From IMG/VR virus record IMGVR_UViG_3300037518_000322, positions 52,663 to 116,662 of that record: 64,000 bases of DNA; one strand, written 5' to 3'. This DNA is from a virus. Of the stretch, positions 38,832 to 50,389 are shown in pieces (positions within the stretch are counted from its first letter, which is position 1; each line of letters starts with the position of its first letter). Position numbers and translations under genes: made by a program. The notes beneath the pieces were generated by a model that ran no database searches, had not been told where the DNA came from, and was given only the letters and a program-made list of their open reading frames with translations.

Positions 38832-39743
38832 CGTGTCTCCTTCGTGTGACGTCACTTGGTCGTGCCGGTGAGGAAGTTCCAGAACTCCTCGGGGTCTCCC
38901 TGGTCGCCTTCGTACTCGCGCCAGGCCACCCGGATGGTGGCCTGGAGCATGGCGACCTGGACAACCGGCATGTCGGCGGGCGGCTTGATGACGTTGGAGA
39001 GCGGTTCGTACATGGTCAACTGCCTTCGGTGCGTCGATGTTTCACGTGGAACATTCACCCGCCCTGGGCTTCGCGCGCCTGCTTACGCTCGGCGTAGATC
39101 TGTTGGGCGGTGGTGCTGCCTTGCACAAAGGTCTGCAAGTACTTCCGTGCTGCTGGCGTCTTGTAGTTCATCTGGTGGGTCTTGAAGATGTCGAGCGCCA
39201 ACTCGACGGCCTCTGTGGACATCTCGGTGACCCACGAGTAATCCCGCCTGTGCACCTTGTGCAGTGCAACGACGAGGGACTTCAATTGCCGGTCCCGTAC
39301 GGCCACGCCGGGGGCGGTCGCGTTGAGCAGCACTTGCATCTGTCCGGGGGTCAGGTCGATCTCTTCCATGGGGTCTCCTTAGGTGGATGTTTCACGTGGA
39401 ACATTGCGGGGGTCAGCCCTTTGGGCCGCTACGTGCAGCCTCGATCGTCCACTCATGTGCGAGCAGGGACCAGGCCGACTCGGTCGTGGTGTAAAAGGAT
39501 CCGTCAGGGCCCTTGATCCTGCACGACAGCGGTCCGTCGTACGACATGGCGACGAGTCCTCGTGCCACAACGACGGGCAGGCCATCGTCCCCGCCGTCGG
39601 CGTCGTATCCCCACACTTTCACGGGCTGCGGCTTCGTCACGTCACGCGCGATGCTGCGCTTGCGTGGGGTGCTCATGCTGTATGGCATCTCGGGCTGTCC
39701 TTTCAGTGATGGTGGATGTTTCACGTGGAACATGTCGCCAGGG

Positions 39744-40937
39744 TCAGAAGTCCCAGCCATCCTCGCGGGACTGCTGGCGCTCCCGCTCTGCGATCTCACG
39801 GGACTTGGTGGTGCCGAGGTTGGCGCGGCGGATGTCCTTGTGACTGGACGGGTCGCCGTGCTGCGGGTCGACGGGGATGATCTGCGTGCCGGGCTCGTAG
39901 TCCACGTCGTCGAGCTTGTCGAGCTTGGTCCAGTATGGGTCGAGCCACTTCACATCCCACTTGGACTTGCGGGGCCCGAACCAGATCGTCTTGTAGTGGC
40001 CGCACCGTTGCTGTGGGTCCTGCTCGGCGCCGGTGGGGATGGACACCCCGTCACGGATCCGGCCAGCCATCCGCTCCCGGCGGGCATGGAGCTTGGGCCC
40101 GATGCGCCAGCCGACCTGAATGTAGAACGGGTCACGGGAGGGAGCCTGACGCTGTTTCCCCCTGGCCGGTGCGGGCGGTGGTTCCTGGATGTCCGCGTTG
40201 CTACAGCACAGGTAGGTGAGCAGCGACAGTGCGCCGGGGATGACCTGCTTGATGATGCGTCGTTGCTGCTTGGACCCGTCGCTCACGCCATGGAACTCGT
40301 TGGTGTGTGCGATGACATCGTCGAAGGTGAAGGGGCCAGTCATGGATGGCAGTGGGAAGACCGGCGTGAGGACATCGTGATACGTGGGCGTCGCCGGGTT
40401 CGTGTCGATCCACGGAACGATGCATAGCCCCTCCGACCGTGGGTCTGTCGTCGGGCAGAAGGCCCTGCCGATGCGGCCGGTCAGGAAGATAGCCCTGACC
40501 AGTCCTTGATCTCCGTCCGAGAAGTTCATCGGCCATGCACGCGGCAGGGGAATCATGGGGCTGATGTAGGGGAGCCGGGAGAACAGCTCGCCGGGCAGCT
40601 TCCCCTTCAGGTCCGTCCGGTACAGGCTGTTGGCCATCTCCAGGTGCACGTCGAAGGCCACCCGGCCCTGACGCCGCCACAGATCGATGACGGCGTGCGA
40701 TGCCGCCCGGTCGAGCAGGGTGGTCAGCTTCTCCGTGCCGTACGTACGCTCGAAGGCCTTGTTCCAGGTCGGAGTAATGCCCCGCCGCATCCTGACCGCA
40801 TTCCCGATGCCGTCGTGCGGCCACGTCTTCAAGTCGGCGGCCATCATGTTGTCGAGGTCGAGGATCCGCTCGACCGCGTCGTTCGTCCCCGAAGCACGCC
40901 GCATCCTCGGCGGCATGCCCTTGCTCTTCTTCCCCAT
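39744..40937 (-). CDS. Hypothetical protein, AcrVA2-like architecture
   Basis: 'WRRQG..FD...LP..LF.RLPY', 'LLTYLC', 'VGWRIG', 'RCGHYK..W.GP...VKWL.P'. Confidence 0.5.
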   Translation of the reverse strand: MGKKSKGMPPRMRRASGTNDAVERILDLDNMMAADLKTWPHDGIGNAVRMRRGITPTWNKAFERTYGTEKLTTLLDRAASHAVIDLWRRQGRVAFDVHLEMANSLYRTDLKGKLPGELFSRLPYISPMIPLPRAWPMNFSDGDQGLVRAIFLTGRIGRAFCPTTDPRSEGLCIVPWIDTNPATPTYHDVLTPVFPLPSMTGPFTFDDVIAHTNEFHGVSDGSKQQRRIIKQVIPGALSLLTYLCCSNADIQEPPPAPARGKQRQAPSRDPFYIQVGWRIGPKLHARRERMAGRIRDGVSIPTGAEQDPQQRCGHYKTIWFGPRKSKWDVKWLDPYWTKLDKLDDVDYEPGTQIIPVDPQHGDPSSHKDIRRANLGTTKSREIAERERQQSREDGWDF

Positions 40938-40939
40938 GA

Positions 40940-41431
40940 CTACTCCCCTGTCTCCCCTCTACCGGTCGATGTTTCACGTGGAACATTGACGACCGGACCG
41001 CCGTCGGGCACGACACGCACATCGAAGTTCCCGAAGGAGACGGTGTCGTTCTTGAATGCGGCAGTGAGCTGCGCCCGCACCCAGTCCACGGCTTCCTGAG
41101 CATCACGTGCCTGCACGGTGCGTTGAGCAGTGCGCAGTGCACCACTGTTCACCTGGTAGATCACGTCCACTTGGTGCGTGAACTTGTCCTCGACGGACGG
41201 CGATGTTTCACGTGGAACATCGACCGTCTCGTCCTTGATGATGATCCGCTGCGTGCGCTGGCCGCTGGCGAACTGCGACGTGATGAGCAGGTCGCCGGTG
41301 TCCGGGTCGTTGTCGATGGACAGGATCTCACCGCCGGAGGTATCGGGGTGGGCGGACAGCTCCCGCCTGATCTTGTTCTGCATCTCGCGGAATGCGTCAA
41401 CGCTCATGCGTAGCTCCTTGTAGCTGGTCAC
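40940..41431 (-). CDS. Hypothetical protein containing two in-frame parS sites
   Basis: VPRETS peptide occurs twice. Confidence 0.55.
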   Translation of the reverse strand: MTSYKELRMSVDAFREMQNKIRRELSAHPDTSGGEILSIDNDPDTGDLLITSQFASGQRTQRIIIKDETVDVPRETSPSVEDKFTHQVDVIYQVNSGALRTAQRTVQARDAQEAVDWVRAQLTAAFKNDTVSFGNFDVRVVPDGGPVVNVPRETSTGRGETGE

Positions 41432-41787
41432 TGGGTCTCCGATGTTTCACGTGGAACACCGCTGTCGCCTTCATCGTCTTCGTCGTCATCGAACCAGCTC
41501 GGCTCGGTCCCCCAAGCACCGCAGTACATGCAGCGGTACTTGGGCTGGATGTGATGGTCCTCGGCCCCGACGTGACCCTCTCGTTCGCAGCTCACGTCTC
41601 GGCCTCGGTGGATGTTTCACGTGGAACATCGGTCTCGGTCTTCCGCATAACCCAGACCACGTGGCCACAGACCCCGCCGGTGAACAGGTAGGCGTGCCCC
41701 GGGGCGCACTCCTGGACGACGAGGTCTTCGGTCTCCCCACAGTCATCGACCGGGCAGACGGTGTAACGCAGCTCGGGTGGGATCACA

Positions 41788-42294
41788 TCACTCATCACTG
41801 GCCGCCGATGTTTCACGTGGAACATTGAGCAGCGGGATCCCCCGCTCGGTGCGGAACTCGTCGATGGCCTTCTCGCAGCAGACGGGCTCACCGGCGATCG
41901 AGTGCGCGTCCTGGTTCACCAACGCGTCGGTGGCCTCGGTGGCGGTGAGCTCCTCCCACAGCAGGTAGCAGTGTGAGCAGGTGTGCTCCTCGTCGCAGAC
42001 GATCTCGGCCTTGATGACGTTGCGATGACGGAGCATCCCCGTCCTGATGACCGCGCAAGCCTTGCGGTAGTCGCCCTCGATGTCGCGGCTGGCGAGGTGG
42101 TCGCCCATTGACACGAAGCCGAAGTCCCCGAGGCGACGTGGGTGAATGACCAGGTCGAACGTCGGGCCCCACAGGTTTCCCTCAAGGGGATCGCCCCATT
42201 GGTCCCTGAAGCCGAAGCTGGCGATGGACACATGGGTCTGCATGGGATTGAACGTGGCGACGACGCGCCAGTTGTCACGGGTGGTCTTCTTCAT
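41788..42294 (-). CDS. Hypothetical protein
   Basis: GACAAGGAAG RBS, 168 aa. Confidence 0.55.
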   Translation of the reverse strand: MKKTTRDNWRVVATFNPMQTHVSIASFGFRDQWGDPLEGNLWGPTFDLVIHPRRLGDFGFVSMGDHLASRDIEGDYRKACAVIRTGMLRHRNVIKAEIVCDEEHTCSHCYLLWEELTATEATDALVNQDAHSIAGEPVCCEKAIDEFRTERGIPLLNVPRETSAASDE

Positions 42295-43052
42295 GGTGTG
42301 CTTCCTTGTCGATGTTTCACGTGGAACATTCAGTCGTCCACGATCTTCAGCCAGTCGTTGATGAGCCGGTCCTCGAAGCCCGCCCGATCGCGCCGGGACT
42401 CCCGCGCGTCGCTCTCGCTGAAGGCCGCGACGACCTGCTTCAGGGCATCAAGCCCTCCGGGATGGATGTCGACGGTCTGGAAGAAGAGCTGCACCTGCGA
42501 CCGGAGGGTCCGGAGATCCTTCAGCTCGGTCGGGTACTTCAGCTCGTCGAGTGCGGACCGGCGGCCGATGGCCTTGCCCATGGCGAAGATGCGGTCGAAT
42601 TCTCCACGACACTCCTGCTCGGTGGCCTCCTCGTCGAGGATCAGCCTGCTGGCCTGGTCGTACAGATGCTCAGTCTTGAGGTAGTCGGGGACACTGTTGT
42701 CGGTCATGGGTTTCCTTGTCGGGTGATGTTTCACGTGGAACATTGCTCAGTCGTGCGGGCCGATGTAAGTCACGCTGGTGATGTCGTAGCCTTCGGTCTC
42801 GTCCTCCTGTGAGATGTTCACGGGGTCGTTGGCTTCCTTCGACAACTCGCTGTCGCTGTCCTGCATCTGCTGCTCGGCCCACTGCTGTAGGTCGCCGTCC
42901 AGGACGTCCTGTGGTACGTCCACCACGACGTTGATCCGTTCCGTGATGGTCTTCGTGTTTTCGCCCGTGATCTCGATCTCGGTGCGGGGCATTACTCCTC
43001 CTTCGGATGGCGATGTTTCACGTGGAACATAGTTCGAACGGGTGTTCAATTC

Positions 43053-43490
43053 TCAGTCGCTGCGCTGTGCGCACTTCTCTTCGAGGAGCTGGGCCGTCAG
43101 GTCGACGTCGATGTCCACGCCCCCGTCCAACTGGCCGATGTCCCTTTCGCGCATCTCGTCAGCGAACCAGTCGGCGCCGAAGTAGTCGATGCTGAAGCAG
43201 ATGTCGTCCTTCTCCTTCTCGGTGGAGTCGTTCCAGGTGTACTCGATCATCCCCTCAGTGAGGGGGTCCGTCGTGGGCGTGGGTGTAGGGGTGGGGGGCT
43301 CGGGCGGCGGTGGAACCGACGCGGTGATGGTGACGGCCGGGCCGGGCGCTTGGTCCCTGTCGTCGCCCAGGGCGACGGCCACGAGGAGGCCGGACGGCAG
43401 AGCAACCGCGACTACTGCCAGGGCTATCCAGACGACAGTCAGTCCGGGGTTCCTGGGCGGCGGGTAAGGGGGCGGAGAGCCGAAGGTCAT
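43053..43490 (-). CDS. Membrane-anchored Pro-rich protein
   Basis: TM helix, PT-rich linker, two Cys. Confidence 0.55.
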   Translation of the reverse strand: MTFGSPPPYPPPRNPGLTVVWIALAVVAVALPSGLLVAVALGDDRDQAPGPAVTITASVPPPPEPPTPTPTPTTDPLTEGMIEYTWNDSTEKEKDDICFSIDYFGADWFADEMRERDIGQLDGGVDIDVDLTAQLLEEKCAQRSD

Positions 43491-43528
43491 TGTCTTTCCT
43501 TGTCTGGAGTGGGATAGGTTATCGGGCC

Positions 43529-43568
43529 GGAGCACACCCCGTGTAAGCGACGGGGTGTGCTCCTTTTT
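43529..43568 (+). terminator. Hairpin terminator
   Basis: GGAGCACACCCCGT..ACGGGGTGTGCTCC followed by TTTTT. Confidence 0.6.
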
Positions 43569-43899
43569 GGTCAGGCACCGCTGTAGGTGTCGTTCCAGTA
43601 GTTCCGGTCCTCCTGCGCCACCTGCTGGCAGGTCGGCTCAGGTGTCTCGCGTGCCCGTCGCTTGAGTACCAGGGCGATCCGTGAGGACTTGATCTCCTCG
43701 TACGTCCGGTCCTTCCACGAGACGCACATGGCGCAGCCGGTGCACTCGGTGAGGAAGACGTGGTTCCAGGGATCCTCCCAATCCCCGTATTCCTCACCGT
43801 AGGGGTCCAGCGGTGGGGGCATGGCGGTTTCCTTTCTCTCGGGAACGCGAAGAGGGCACCAGGATGGATTCCTGGTGCCCTCTGGCCGTTCGGTTGGTG

Positions 43900-44310
43900 C
43901 TACATGCGGCGGCGCTTGCGCAGTGCCAGCGCGCCACCACCGAGCAGCAGCACGCCACCTGCCGTCGCGATGTACGGGGTGGCGCTGCTGCCGCCGGTCT
44001 CGGCGAGGTCCTTATCCGTGGCCGGGCTGTCCGATTCAGTGACGGTCACTTTCTCCTCAGCTTCCTCGCGGTCGGCCGGGACGGGGGTGAAGTTGGCGGG
44101 CGGGTTCTCGCAGCCGACGCCATTCTTGTCGTTGCCGTCCAGCGCAGACTTGAAGTGCGGGCTGTCCGACGGGATGTTGGAGTGCCCGTTCTCGTACGCC
44201 TCGGTGCAGTTGGCGAACGGGGTGTGCCCGCCGTGCGCCAGCGCCGGGGTGGCGAGGAAGAGCGGGGCGGTTGCCAGGAGTACGGCAACTGCGGTGCGCG
44301 TAGGGCGCAT
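43900..44310 (-). CDS. Excalibur calcium-binding, LAETG sortase-anchored surface protein
   Basis: Signal peptide, 'FANCTEA...LDGNDKNGVGCE', LAETG-TM-RKRRR. Confidence 0.85.
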   Translation of the reverse strand: MRPTRTAVAVLLATAPLFLATPALAHGGHTPFANCTEAYENGHSNIPSDSPHFKSALDGNDKNGVGCENPPANFTPVPADREEAEEKVTVTESDSPATDKDLAETGGSSATPYIATAGGVLLLGGGALALRKRRRM

Positions 44311-44807
44311 TGGAAGCCTTTCGAACGGTTTGCGAGTTGACGGAACGACAGTAGCGCATCAGCGCTGTCGGGCATGCAGCCGCTTACGTGACCATGAGCG
44401 GCGCTCCCACCGCACGTGGAAGACGTACAGGGCGATGGCGATCAGGAGCACTGCCAGGGAGAACCAGATCAGTGCGTGGATCGTGCACCAGCCGATCAGG
44501 ATGTCGTAGATCATGGCGTCCTGCCCGGGGCGGACGTATCGGTGGGCTCCATGTGGGCCCTTCCTTGTCGTGGGTGGTGCTGTGTCAGTTGTCCTTGAAG
44601 TCCTCTGCGTAGTCTGTCACTTCGCCCTCGTCGTTCGCGCCGTTGGTCCATATCAGCGCGGATACGAACACGACCACCAGAACAACGAGGGCCGGTATGA
44701 GCACGAAGCCCAGTACCAGCCCCAGTGCGTATCCGAACGGATCGACTTCCCGCAGCCACTCGTCACGGAAGAAGTCGGTGTACCACTTCACAAGGTCATA
44801 GCTCCTC

Positions 44808-45134
44808 TCACTGCTTCTGGCTCCTCTCTCCTCGGATCAGATGGGGCTGTGCTTGGATGATGGTCGTGATGATGACGGCCGGGTCAACATCCAGGACGTC
44901 GCACATCTGCATGAACTGCCGCAAACGCATCTGACTACGCCCCTTCTCGCAGTAGGAGAGAGCCGACCCGGTGATGCCCAACTTTTCGGCGACGTCCTCC
45001 TGGGTCAGGCCGCGTTCCTTACGGATCGCCTTCAAACAGCCGCCGATGTAGATGCTGAGCGGGTCGAGGGAATGGAGCTTGCCGTAGGGCGGTGGTCCGG
45101 GCGGACCGGGTGGCAGCGGGATGGGTGTGCTCAC
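44808..45134 (-). CDS. XRE-family HTH regulator
   Basis: 'IRKERGLTQEDVAEKLGIT...S.CEKG'. Confidence 0.85.
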   Translation of the reverse strand: MSTPIPLPPGPPGPPPYGKLHSLDPLSIYIGGCLKAIRKERGLTQEDVAEKLGITGSALSYCEKGRSQMRLRQFMQMCDVLDVDPAVIITTIIQAQPHLIRGERSQKQ

Positions 45135-45536
45135 GTTCCCGCCCTCCTTCGCTCCTGGTGGTTCTTCTCGTTGACCAGCTCCACCTCGTACGCGTACGGC
45201 ACCACGGTCGTATCGTCCGGTGCCTTCACCTCGACGCGCGCACCGTCCGGATCGAGGTGTCGGATCTCCGACTCGACGTCCTTGTACGGGCCGTCCACGA
45301 CGATACGCACGGTATCTCCGACGCACAGGCCACGGGCTTTGAGCAGTCGGTGGAATCTTTCGTCCGCCTCCGTCATGTTGGTGGCCAGCTTGTCAGTCTT
45401 GTCGAGCGGAGCGTCCAGGATCTTGGCCACGTACAGCGCCCGCCGTTTGGTCAGTGCCTCTTCCAATGCACTGGCGAGCCGACGCATTTGAAGGCCGGTC
45501 AGCTTGGGGTTGTCGGTCATCTCGGGCGGGGTCCTT

Positions 45537-46457
45537 TCAGAAGTTGCCGTAGTTGACCTGCCAGGTCGGCAGGCCCATGTGACGCCACAGCGCTACGACG
45601 CGGTCGCGGTCGTCGAGGACGAGACGGACGGCGAACCGGTCCCGGACGTGCTTGTCGAAGAGTTCGGCCTTGACGATGTCGTCGGGGCGGGTGTCTCCTG
45701 CGGCGCGCATGTGGAGCTCGTCGTAGGACACGCTGTTCTTGATGAGCCAGTCCACGGTCTGGGGCTGGCAGGAGCCGTCCCGCCCGGACAGCAGGATGAT
45801 CTTGTCGCCGTAGGTGTCCTGGAATGCTTCGAGGGCTTCCAGGACAGGTTCGTTGATCTTGTCCTCGCCGACACGTGCCCAGTCGTAGGGACTGCGACCG
45901 TTGTTGTTCAGTGCGAGGGTTCCGTCGATGTCACAGATGATGGCGAGGGGCACCCGACGGTTGGGGGTGTAGGGCTGGATGGCAGGGTGGTCGTTCATCC
46001 AGGCGTCGGTGAGCCACCAGCCGCCCTTCGTGGCCTTGGCGTGTCGGTCGGCGAGGCGTCGGATGACATCCTCGCCCACGGACGCCTCGCGCTTCGCGTC
46101 GCGTTCGATGCAGGTCTGGATGGGGACGTGGGTGAAGTCGTGGACCTTGAAGGTGGCGTCACCCCGGACGACGTTCTTGATCCGCTTGGGGATGTGTGGC
46201 ACGAGCATCGTGTTGTCGACGATGACATCGAAGCCGTCGTCGAGGGCGGCACGGACGGCCGCGTCCTGGATCTTGAGGGCGGTCTCTTCCAGCTCAGGTG
46301 ACCAGACACGCCTGCCGCTGACGCCCGTGTCGAGCATGGCGCGGATGTCGTCGAGGTTGACCCGACGGACACCTCCCTGGCTCTCCTCGACTACTTCAAG
46401 GGCAAAGGTGGTCTTCCCGGAGGCGGGGAGCCCCGTCGTGATGTGTACGGTTTGCAT
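45537..46457 (-). CDS. Polynucleotide 5'-kinase/3'-phosphatase (T4 PseT-like)
   Basis: GLPASGKTT kinase, DIDGT HAD phosphatase, LDDR. Confidence 0.92.
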   Translation of the reverse strand: MQTVHITTGLPASGKTTFALEVVEESQGGVRRVNLDDIRAMLDTGVSGRRVWSPELEETALKIQDAAVRAALDDGFDVIVDNTMLVPHIPKRIKNVVRGDATFKVHDFTHVPIQTCIERDAKREASVGEDVIRRLADRHAKATKGGWWLTDAWMNDHPAIQPYTPNRRVPLAIICDIDGTLALNNNGRSPYDWARVGEDKINEPVLEALEAFQDTYGDKIILLSGRDGSCQPQTVDWLIKNSVSYDELHMRAAGDTRPDDIVKAELFDKHVRDRFAVRLVLDDRDRVVALWRHMGLPTWQVNYGNF

Positions 46458-47236
46458 CAGGCGTTGGTGTCCTTCTGGTGGCGGGCCATGTCGGCGCGGG
46501 TGGTGTCGCCCCACTCGGCGGGGTCCGGCTTGATCTCGTCCACGTCGTCCACGGTGAAGGTGTAGAACTCGCGCGCAGGGACCACGTCGTAGCCGGTCTC
46601 CTCGTCGATGGCGGCGAAGACGCGCTCGTTGTCGAGAAGGTCGACGGCGTCGGCCATGCGGAGTTCGGCGACCGTGGGGTTGACGAACCGGCGGATCTTG
46701 CGGGCGCCCTCGCGGAGTTCGTTCAGGGCGTTGATCATCTCGGGGGTGATCTTGTTGGTCATGTCGTCTTCTCCAGGTGGGTCAGGATGCGGTCGAGCTT
46801 GGACTCAAGGCGGTTCATGCTTCCCTCGAACCGGTCCATACGCTCGTCGAACCGGCCCATACGCTCGTCGATCCGGTCCATGCGGCCACTGAGACCATCG
46901 ATCTTCTCGTCCAGGCGCGCGATGGCCAGCCCGTGCAGACGCTGGGTGTGCTTGATCTCCCTCAGATCGTCGCCGATCAGGGTGACGGCTTCGCGGCTCA
47001 GGGGGTCTTCGGTCATGATGACTCCTCTTTCTTTTCCTTGGTGGTGGCCCATGCCACGAGCAGCCCGGCGATCTCGCGGGCCTGGCGTGGGTCGGTGAGT
47101 TCGAACACGTGATTGAATGCGGCCCAGAAGAGAACCCCCGTGGTGTCGCTGATGACTTCCGCGTTCTTGTCGAGCGTGTAGGTGTACTCGCGGCCGTCGG
47201 TGATGGTGTCGATCATGGCGCAGACTTCGTCGGCGT

Positions 47237-47554
47237 TCACCGGCTCCTCCCGATCCGCTTCCACCAGGGGGCGCGGTTGTCATACTCCTGCGTAGCCGCC
47301 CATGCCCAGCGGGCGCCGTCCTCGGTGAGGTAGTAGAACCGGCGGGGAGGGCGTTCCGTCCCTTCGGGCAGCACCTCCCACTCCCCATACACGAAGCCAG
47401 CATTCTCCAGGCGGACGATGAGGGGGTAGAAACTCCCGGACCCGATCCCTTCCCTCATCGCCATCGACGCCGTGGTGTGGGTGTTGAACCGGCGGGCGGT
47501 CAGCATGAGGTCGAGGAGCTTGGCGGTCTTGCGGGTGACCCTGATGGTGGTCAC
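47237..47554 (-). CDS. PadR-family regulator
   Basis: 'GSGSFYPLI.RLE..G.V..EWE...RPPRRFYYLT..G'. Confidence 0.85.
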   Translation of the reverse strand: MTTIRVTRKTAKLLDLMLTARRFNTHTTASMAMREGIGSGSFYPLIVRLENAGFVYGEWEVLPEGTERPPRRFYYLTEDGARWAWAATQEYDNRAPWWKRIGRSR

Positions 47555-49302
47555 GGCCTGGTTCCCTTCTCAGGGCCGATGGCGTTGGGACCGGCGTTCA
47601 GCATCTCCTGGATGCCGTCGGCCAGTTCGGGGAAACCGTGCTCGCGGGCGGCGTCACGCATCTGCACCATGCCGTCACGGTCCAGCGTGAAGTGTGTCCG
47701 GCCGAAGGTGTCGGTGTAGGGGTACAACTGGATGCCGAGCATGGCGGCGATCGGCTTGAGCACGGCGTAGAACTCTTTTGGTGTGGAGAAGTCGTCGGTC
47801 ACCGCTTCTCCTCGATGCCCGCCGACAGGCCATTGAACGTCAGCACCGTGCCGTCGGTGTCCGTGAAGCAGTAGCTGCCGGGATCCCTGGTGACGTACGC
47901 GGCGGCCGTCTCGTCGGACTTGAGGATCTCGGCGAGGCGCTCGTCGGTGATGGCTTCGTCCTCGTGGTCCTCGTACGCCCGGGTGGCGCCGACCGCTGCC
48001 GCCGACTCCCATCGGCTGCTGAAGTGGTTGTCCATCAGTCCACGGAACTCGGCGGCCGTCCACCGGCGGCCGGGGCGCCAGTGCTCCAGGAACCGTGCGG
48101 CACCCTGGGCGTCGGCCGGGTTCTCCACGCCGTCGATGTAGTCGAGCAGCGCGTCTTCCCACGCATCGTCGGGGTAGGTCTGTGCATCCACGTGCTCGAT
48201 GATCTGCTGGGTCGTGAGCTTGAGGCTCATGGCGTTCCTTTCCTGTACGTAAGACCAGAGGGGCACACCCCGAGGGGATGTGCCCGTGCTGGTCCGGCGT
48301 TGTTCAGGTGTCCATGTCCTGGCCACGCAGGAAGCTGTCGACCGACTCCCGGCCGAGCAGCACGCCACAGAAATCGATCAGGACTTCCATCGACACGACG
48401 ATCTCGTCCTCGTCCGTGGAACCCGACCCCTCGGCGCCGTCCTTCGCTCGGTATGCCGCCCTCTCGACCTTCTCGACGTCGTCGCGGGTCAGTGCAAGAT
48501 CGCTCATCGGGCTGTCTCCATGGTCTTGGTGATGTCGAGGGCGGCGGCGTGCATGGCGTCGGCGGGTACGACCACGGCCATTTCGTCGCGGCCGATGATG
48601 GCGTCGTGCGGGTCCAGCATCTGGCCCATCTCCGTGGATGCCCACCGGACTTGGCCGATGACGAGGTAGTTGCCGTCGCTCAGTTTGAGGACGTCGGGGC
48701 AACTCTGGCCTGTGGCGGATCCGCGTTCGCGTGGGGTGGTGCCCATGCGGCGGACGATGTGGATGTTGCTGGTCACTCGGTCTCCTTGGTACATGCTGTG
48801 CGGATGCGGTTGCAGATGGCGCGCAGTGCCCAGCCGACGGCGAACAGGGCGGCAATGATGATGGCCCAGCCGCCTGCCATGAGCATGCCGAGCAGGCGGG
48901 CCGGGTTCAACAGCGGGCCCGTCTGATCTTGGATTCGGCGTTCAGGTAGAGGGCCAGCACGCAGCCGGTGACGGGTTCCAGGGTAGTGGCCTGGTCGGAG
49001 AGCACGCCGTCGTGGACGGCGTGGACGGCCCATTGTGGCGGGCCGTCCGGCCAGTTGATCACCCAGCCGATCGTCCCGTACGGGCCGGGCCAGTCCTGTT
49101 CGAGGGTGGGGCCATGGCCGGGTGTGATGGCAGTTGCGTAGCGTTCGGTGACGTTGTCCAGGACGTCCTGGGCCGTGGGGCGTGTCACGTGGAACAGACG
49201 GTGACGTATGCGCATCGTGCCCCTTCCTTGTCGGGTGGTGATGTTGCTTGGTGCGGACGGGGCGGACGTGTCCAGTCCGCCCCGTCCGCCCCTGAGCGAC
49301 GC

Positions 49303-49806
49303 TCAGTTCACAGCGGACCACTCGCTGCGGGAGACGTCCAGGATCTTGCAGGATCCCTTGGTGACGCCATCGAGCTGGTCCGATGTGATGAAGCCGTGGA
49401 AGTTCTGGGTGCTGGACGCGCCGGGGGCCAGGTTCTCGACGTAGGCCAGCAACGAATCCACCTGGTTGCCGTCCTGGTCGAGGAATTCTCCGTCGATGGA
49501 GTAGTTGGCGCGCTTGTCGCCGTTGTTGGTGATCTTCACCTTGGCCTTCAGGTCGGGGCCGATGACGCTGTCCTCGATCTTGCAGGACAGCAGCTCGACG
49601 TCCTCCGTGGCGGCGCGCTTGTCGTCCGCCTCGTCCTTCTTGATCTCCTTGTCGACTTCGTTGATGAAGGCGCCACCGACGACAGCGCAGCCGCCCAGGG
49701 TGAGCAGGCCGAGGACGGCGGGGATGGCGCAGCCGAACACGGCGATCTTGGCGCCGGTGCTCATGCCCTGCTTCGGGGCGGGCGGGGGGTAGTTCGGGTA
49801 AGACAT
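49303..49806 (-). CDS. Membrane/lipoprotein (FxLYD-like domain)
   Basis: TM helix then 'EFLDQDGNQV...ENLAPG'. Confidence 0.6.
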   Translation of the reverse strand: MSYPNYPPPAPKQGMSTGAKIAVFGCAIPAVLGLLTLGGCAVVGGAFINEVDKEIKKDEADDKRAATEDVELLSCKIEDSVIGPDLKAKVKITNNGDKRANYSIDGEFLDQDGNQVDSLLAYVENLAPGASSTQNFHGFITSDQLDGVTKGSCKILDVSRSEWSAVN

Positions 49807-49819
49807 CTGTCTTTCCTTG

Positions 49820-50389
49820 TCAGTTGATGGCCGTGCCGCCGAGTTGCTGGGCGTTCTCGTAGACGGGGAGGTCGGCGGGTTCGGTGTAGAGGAAGTAGCT
49901 CTGGTTGGTGCCGATGGAGAACTCGACGTAGGCGCCGGTGGTGGCGTCCTTGCCGTAGTACACGTTGCATTCGGCGCTGGAGTAGTAGACGCCGTCCATG
50001 GCGGGGGCGGGCACGACCAGGTCGGTCCCGTCACGGTCCATGACGTCATACGTCTGCGTCAGGGCCGTGCACATGGAGACCGGCGGCCCCACGAGGACGT
50101 AGTAGCCGTACTCGCCCTTGGCGTTCTGGATGTAGACGTAGGCGAGCTTGCCCTTGGAGCCGGACGAACCCCACGTGTCGATCCAGAAGTTGATGGTGGG
50201 GCGGGTCGGTGTGTACTTGGGCTGCTTCGCGGGCTCCTGGGCAACGAGGAATTCGTAGGCCTTGTTCTTGGCGGCACGCTCACGCTTTTGCGGCTCGCTC
50301 TCGTCCTCGCAGGCTCCGGCTGTCGTGCCGAGCACGGCTATGCAGGCCAGCGCGGCGGCGGTCATGCGGGCTCGTCGGTTCAGGCGCAC
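49820..50389 (-). CDS. Lipoprotein
   Basis: Signal peptide with AGAC lipobox. Confidence 0.6.
   Translation of the reverse strand: MRLNRRARMTAAALACIAVLGTTAGACEDESEPQKRERAAKNKAYEFLVAQEPAKQPKYTPTRPTINFWIDTWGSSGSKGKLAYVYIQNAKGEYGYYVLVGPPVSMCTALTQTYDVMDRDGTDLVVPAPAMDGVYYSSAECNVYYGKDATTGAYVEFSIGTNQSYFLYTEPADLPVYENAQQLGGTAIN

Larger units (their letters stand above)
39038..43029. repeat. parS cluster 1: 11 copies of TGTTTCACGTGGAACA
   Basis: Starts at 39038, 39388, 39717, 40970, 41204, 41443, 41613, 41809, 42313, 42727, 43014. Confidence 0.9.
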
